Part shown: piece after piece, positions 60,447-64,000 of the stretch
How the letters are laid out: each line of letters opens with the position of its first letter
Numbering within the stretch: the first letter of the stretch is position 1
Made by a program: the position numbers and the translations under genes
NCBI RefSeq assembly: GCF_026151205.1
Contig: NC_087073.1
Span: 19,356,658 to 19,420,657, forward strand
From: Bolinopsis microptera
Taxonomy: Eukaryota
Direction: 5' to 3'
DNA: 64,000 bases
The notes under the pieces: generated by a model
What the model saw: the letters and a program-made list of their open reading frames with translations, nothing else
The model's database searches: none
What the model was told of the DNA's origin: nothing

Positions 60447-60917
60447 TCAAGGATTCTCCTCAATGGCACTGGCCAGGGAGGCCATACTCTCCACACTGTA
60501 ATAAAAGCTGTGTCGTTTCAGGACCTGATCACTGCCACTGTCTAGTTCAAGGGGAGGAACTGGTGATCGCTCTCGGCCGTGCACGGCTGAGCTTGTAATT
60601 TTTGGGTATTTTCGTCCATTTATAGGTATTGATTTGGCTGGATTTTTACCGTGCCCTGAAACAGCCTTGTTTTTATGGAGCTGATTACAATAGTTTTCTT
60701 TGCTCGAGGATGGAGCAGGTGTATATTTAGCGGCTCCGTTAGGAAGCTGCGCCTCAACGTTGCCCGCTGCAAGTGCTTTTTCTTGCTCAGTTCGTAATGA
60801 AAGTGCTTTCCTGCGTCTCTTCATGATACACTTGTAACATGACATACAGATTGAGAAGAGCACTGTGGTGGAAAAGAGACCAACCACCGTGAAGATAATT
60901 CCCATGTACTTACTCAT
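60447..60917 (-). CDS. Paralogous small single-pass membrane protein: TM plus CYKCIMKRRRK
   Basis: Same architecture as 57823-58494: short N-terminus, TM IIFTVVGLFSTTVLFSICM, then Cys-x-K-C plus a basic stretch. Acceptor TTTACAG lies immediately upstream. Confidence 0.4.
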   Translation of the reverse strand: MSKYMGIIFTVVGLFSTTVLFSICMSCYKCIMKRRRKALSLRTEQEKALAAGNVEAQLPNGAAKYTPAPSSSKENYCNQLHKNKAVSGHGKNPAKSIPINGRKYPKITSSAVHGRERSPVPPLELDSGSDQVLKRHSFYYSVESMASLASAIEENP

Positions 60918-61461
60918 CCTGCCCTGTAAAGATAAGATAATATAAATTTATTATATAAGCTTTAAATTCGTTTAAAAAATGGGTCATGTCAAGATGAACT
61001 AAATCCAACAAAGCAACAAATGAAAGTGCGATTGTAGCCGTTCCAAATCAGCTTTTGCGAGGGTTTAAGTAAAGATTAACATCGGAAATAGAGTTTGAAA
61101 CTTGAGTAAGCAAGGTAAAGAGTAAGGTTGTGTATTCAGAACTATTATCTATCATAACAGAGCAAGTAAAATAAATGATAATTGCAGTTTTAGTCTGTAA
61201 ATTTCATATAATTGTGAACAAAAATCATTTGCCAACAGACATTTCACTAGACAGTGGACAAACTCCTAAATATCATTATCAAGCAGAATTTAATCATTGT
61301 TTTTATGCAACGATCACCATGAATATAGAACTAAACGGAATTTCCATTCATTTACACAACGTTTATGTACAAACTGTACCTCTTTATAAATCTAACTCTT
61401 GCATTTACATGAACACCAATCTCGTAAGAAAATGATAATCATTAATCACGAATTCAGATCT

Positions 61462-63912
61462 TCAAAGATTAGAAAATTCTGCCATTTTCCCCCACGATTC
61501 ACCGACCTCCACCTTAACTTTCAAGGGAACGGAAAGGTGGATTTCACTCGTAAACTCGGACGACTCTAACATTTGATAAATGACACGTGCAAACTGATCC
61601 ACGTTCTCGTGATAAACTTCATAAAGTAGCTCGTCATGAATCTGGATGAGAAGTTGAGCATTTACTTGATTGTTAGATTTGAGATAGTCAGAGAGTTTCA
61701 GCATTGAGACCTTGCAGATGTCAGCTGCAGAACCTTGGATGACAAAGTTCACCGCTTGTCTTTCAATAGACTTTCTCAGGGCAAAATTGCTTTGGTTGAT
61801 ATCTGGAAAATGTCTTAAACGATTCAGAATTGTCCGCAGTTTTTTGGTACCTCTGGCCCTTTTGATGACAGCGTTTGTGAACTTGGATATGTTCTGAAAC
61901 TTTGCAAGAAAACTGCTCATCAACATCTTAGCCTCTGATAGTGAAACTTTTAGTATTTGGGATAGCTTAGGAATTCCGACACCATAGATAATAGCATAAC
62001 AAACACGCTTAGTTTTGTTCCTCTCAACATTAGAGACACTCTCCGATGGAATACTCTTCCAGGAGGCAGTTAGAGTAGTGAAAATGTCGTCGGAACTTTT
62101 AAACATCTCAATTAGTTCCTGGTCTTTAGCAAAATGGGCAAGAATTCTCATCTCGATAGAACAGAAATCCACTGCGACAAACTGGCATCCCAGGGAGGGT
62201 ACGATAATTTCTCTTACAGAATGACTGCTCTGTTCATCGTCCACATTGTTTTCAATAACGTCTTTAGGAAATGCCTGAACGTTAGGGTTGAAAGCAGCCA
62301 AACGGCCTGTAGCTGCGGATGTTTGGTCCCAAGAGGGGTACAGTTTTCCAAACTTCATGTACTGATGCAACCCATCCACATACGTTGATTTCAATTTACT
62401 TATCCTGCGATGAGCCAGAATGATTCGAGGAAGAGGATGAAGTTCTGTTAGTTTTAACAAACATGCCTCAGATGTGCTCTTTTCCCGTTTAGCTGCTGTC
62501 CGAGACATGTTATCTGGTATTTTCTCGTCTAATTTCAGCTCTTCGTAAAGAATTTGTCTTAACTGTACAGGGCTGGTTAACAACACATGTCGACCTAGTA
62601 CGGATGATGCCTCCTGTTCTATAACTGACAATCGTTTTGTCAGATAGATGCTCAACAGGTGAAGCTCTTTTTTGTCGATACAAATACCAGTTTGGCCCAT
62701 TTGGCATATTGTCCCAAGAAGAGGACATTCCAAGTATTGGAACAGGTTTAATAGCCTTTCCTCGGTGAGATGACTGTAAACTGCTTGTTTTATATCTAAA
62801 ATCAAAGCGAGAGAGGAATGAAGTTGGAAGGAAAAGTTGTTATGTGAAGCCACATTTGCAGTAGCTAAGTTATACCTCGAATGAAGATCGGACAATTTCT
62901 GTGGTACATCATCAGATGTTAGGAGCCAAGACGCTATCTTCAGGTCTATCATATTCTTAACAACTTCGCCGTTCATTAGAGGCTTGATCAGGATATTGCA
63001 TACAATGTAAAGTTGATATGCATTGAACGAAATTTTGAGGATATCAGATGACAAAACTATGTGCAGAAATTCCACAACGGAGTCATCATTATCACCCAAG
63101 GCAGAAACCGGGACATACAGACCCATGGCCATGTGATCATTCAATTGATCTACCTTAAACAGAAAGCATATTCCGGACACAGTTATTTTTTCAAAAGTTT
63201 GTCTGGAGGATCCTATACCTAGATGCGAAGTGTTATCTGAATAGGAAAGAGCAACAGCTACCTCCTCACATTTCAGCAACACAGACCGGACAGCCCATCT
63301 TTCAGATGAAGTTAAACTTTGAAAATCTTTAAAAGGTTCTTGAATAGAGGAGGATTTTGGTAAACATTTTGACTTGAGAGTTTCCAAAATTTTTATCGGG
63401 TTACTCATTCCATCTTCTGGTTTTGTGATCACCGGAGAATCTTGTTGCGGAATATTTTTACAGTCCAATGTTCTGTTGAAAGCTTCCTTCAGAGACTTTG
63501 AAAATGTACCCTTTTGACTAGTAGCACTATCAAAGTTTCCTGACTTGTTTCCACTTATTGTGTAATGTGTGTTAGCTGAGGTTGACGGTGAAGATTCGAA
63601 TGGTGTGTTACTTTCAAATAGATTAGTGTCAAACATATCAGCGACCAAAGAATTGTTTTTCTGGCAGGTACCAGCTGAGGAATCCAAATTGTTGGAAAAT
63701 AATGGGATGCTGAGTTTATTCCGATTTTGACTGTTGAACTGAGTAGATAGCATAACATGCCCTGGTGAGGACAGAGCAGGTGAAGATTGCAATGAAGTCG
63801 ACCTGTTTGAAAATGACCTGATTAGTTTCTGCTTTCCCCAATTTGCACTAAAGAGACGAGGAGTATTTCCAACTGATTGTGAACTTGGTGTTTCAAGTCC
63901 AGAACGTAACAT
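61462..63912 (-). CDS. Family-A DNA polymerase (Pol theta/Pol nu-like) polymerase domain, intronless terminal exon. The ORF is probably open beyond the window edge.
   Basis: Motif A DFCSIEMRILAHF. O-helix/motif B RNKTKRVCYAIIYG. Motif C QIHDELLYEV. TGRLAAFNPNVQAFP. The C-terminus EVGESWGKMAEF resembles the Pol theta C-terminus. Confidence 0.8.
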   Translation of the reverse strand: MLRSGLETPSSQSVGNTPRLFSANWGKQKLIRSFSNRSTSLQSSPALSSPGHVMLSTQFNSQNRNKLSIPLFSNNLDSSAGTCQKNNSLVADMFDTNLFESNTPFESSPSTSANTHYTISGNKSGNFDSATSQKGTFSKSLKEAFNRTLDCKNIPQQDSPVITKPEDGMSNPIKILETLKSKCLPKSSSIQEPFKDFQSLTSSERWAVRSVLLKCEEVAVALSYSDNTSHLGIGSSRQTFEKITVSGICFLFKVDQLNDHMAMGLYVPVSALGDNDDSVVEFLHIVLSSDILKISFNAYQLYIVCNILIKPLMNGEVVKNMIDLKIASWLLTSDDVPQKLSDLHSRYNLATANVASHNNFSFQLHSSLALILDIKQAVYSHLTEERLLNLFQYLECPLLGTICQMGQTGICIDKKELHLLSIYLTKRLSVIEQEASSVLGRHVLLTSPVQLRQILYEELKLDEKIPDNMSRTAAKREKSTSEACLLKLTELHPLPRIILAHRRISKLKSTYVDGLHQYMKFGKLYPSWDQTSAATGRLAAFNPNVQAFPKDVIENNVDDEQSSHSVREIIVPSLGCQFVAVDFCSIEMRILAHFAKDQELIEMFKSSDDIFTTLTASWKSIPSESVSNVERNKTKRVCYAIIYGVGIPKLSQILKVSLSEAKMLMSSFLAKFQNISKFTNAVIKRARGTKKLRTILNRLRHFPDINQSNFALRKSIERQAVNFVIQGSAADICKVSMLKLSDYLKSNNQVNAQLLIQIHDELLYEVYHENVDQFARVIYQMLESSEFTSEIHLSVPLKVKVEVGESWGKMAEFSNL

Positions 63913-64000
63913 ATGTACTAGGTTGGTCCGTTTTCGTTGTTGATAGACATTAGACCAGTTTTGTGGGAGGCGAAAGTTTTTATATTTTTCACGCAGTCTT

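Overview
This is an AT-rich, repeat-dense stretch of eukaryotic DNA, most consistent with an invertebrate metazoan. It carries spliced genes with GT-AG introns, LINE retrotransposons and miniature inverted-repeat transposable element (MITE)-like and foldback elements. There are no prokaryotic operons and no CRISPR arrays.

Main content, 5' to 3':
- A ~171-bp satellite array at the window start.
- Two non-LTR retrotransposon fragments. One is reverse-transcriptase (RT)-only on the + strand. The other is decayed, on the - strand, with ORF1 (PHD + RRM-like) and ORF2 (apurinic/apyrimidinic (APE) endonuclease + RT), interrupted by a tRNA-like insert.
- An AT-rich block at 7.3-15 kb full of hairpin motifs, MITE-like inverted repeats and LINE tail fragments.
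- A secreted pentraxin-domain gene that looks freshly frameshifted.
- Several short-unit tandem arrays, including a 16-bp array carrying repeated consensus cAMP response element (CRE) sites (TGACGTCA).
- A RasGAP gene of the GAP1 type (C2-C2-GAP), - strand.
- A reticulocalbin/calumenin-like multi-EF-hand gene of the CREC family (Cab45/reticulocalbin/ERC-55/calumenin), + strand, ending in QDEL.
- A 1.36-kb near-perfect palindrome nested inside an older inverted-repeat pair.
- A 42-bp Ser/Thr-rich coding-like minisatellite.
- Two tandem paralogous small single-pass membrane-protein ORFs.
- The terminal exon (at least 2.4 kb) of a family-A DNA polymerase of the Pol theta/Pol nu type, running off the 3' edge.

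The most striking feature is an apparently intact ~7.3-kb Transib-type DNA transposon at 47716-55020.
- Its inverted termini begin with the recombination signal sequence (RSS)-like heptamer CACAGTG, reading CACAGTGGAAAAT at both ends.
- Both subterminal regions contain arrays of CGATAATCG motifs.
- A 4-bp GAAC direct repeat flanks the element.
- Inside is a 19-exon gene encoding a ~906-aa RAG1-like transposase. Its RAG1 catalytic and zinc-binding signatures are recognisable, and every splice phase closes to a total length divisible by three.

All coordinates were derived by hand from the printed sequence; individual exon boundaries may be off by a few bases.
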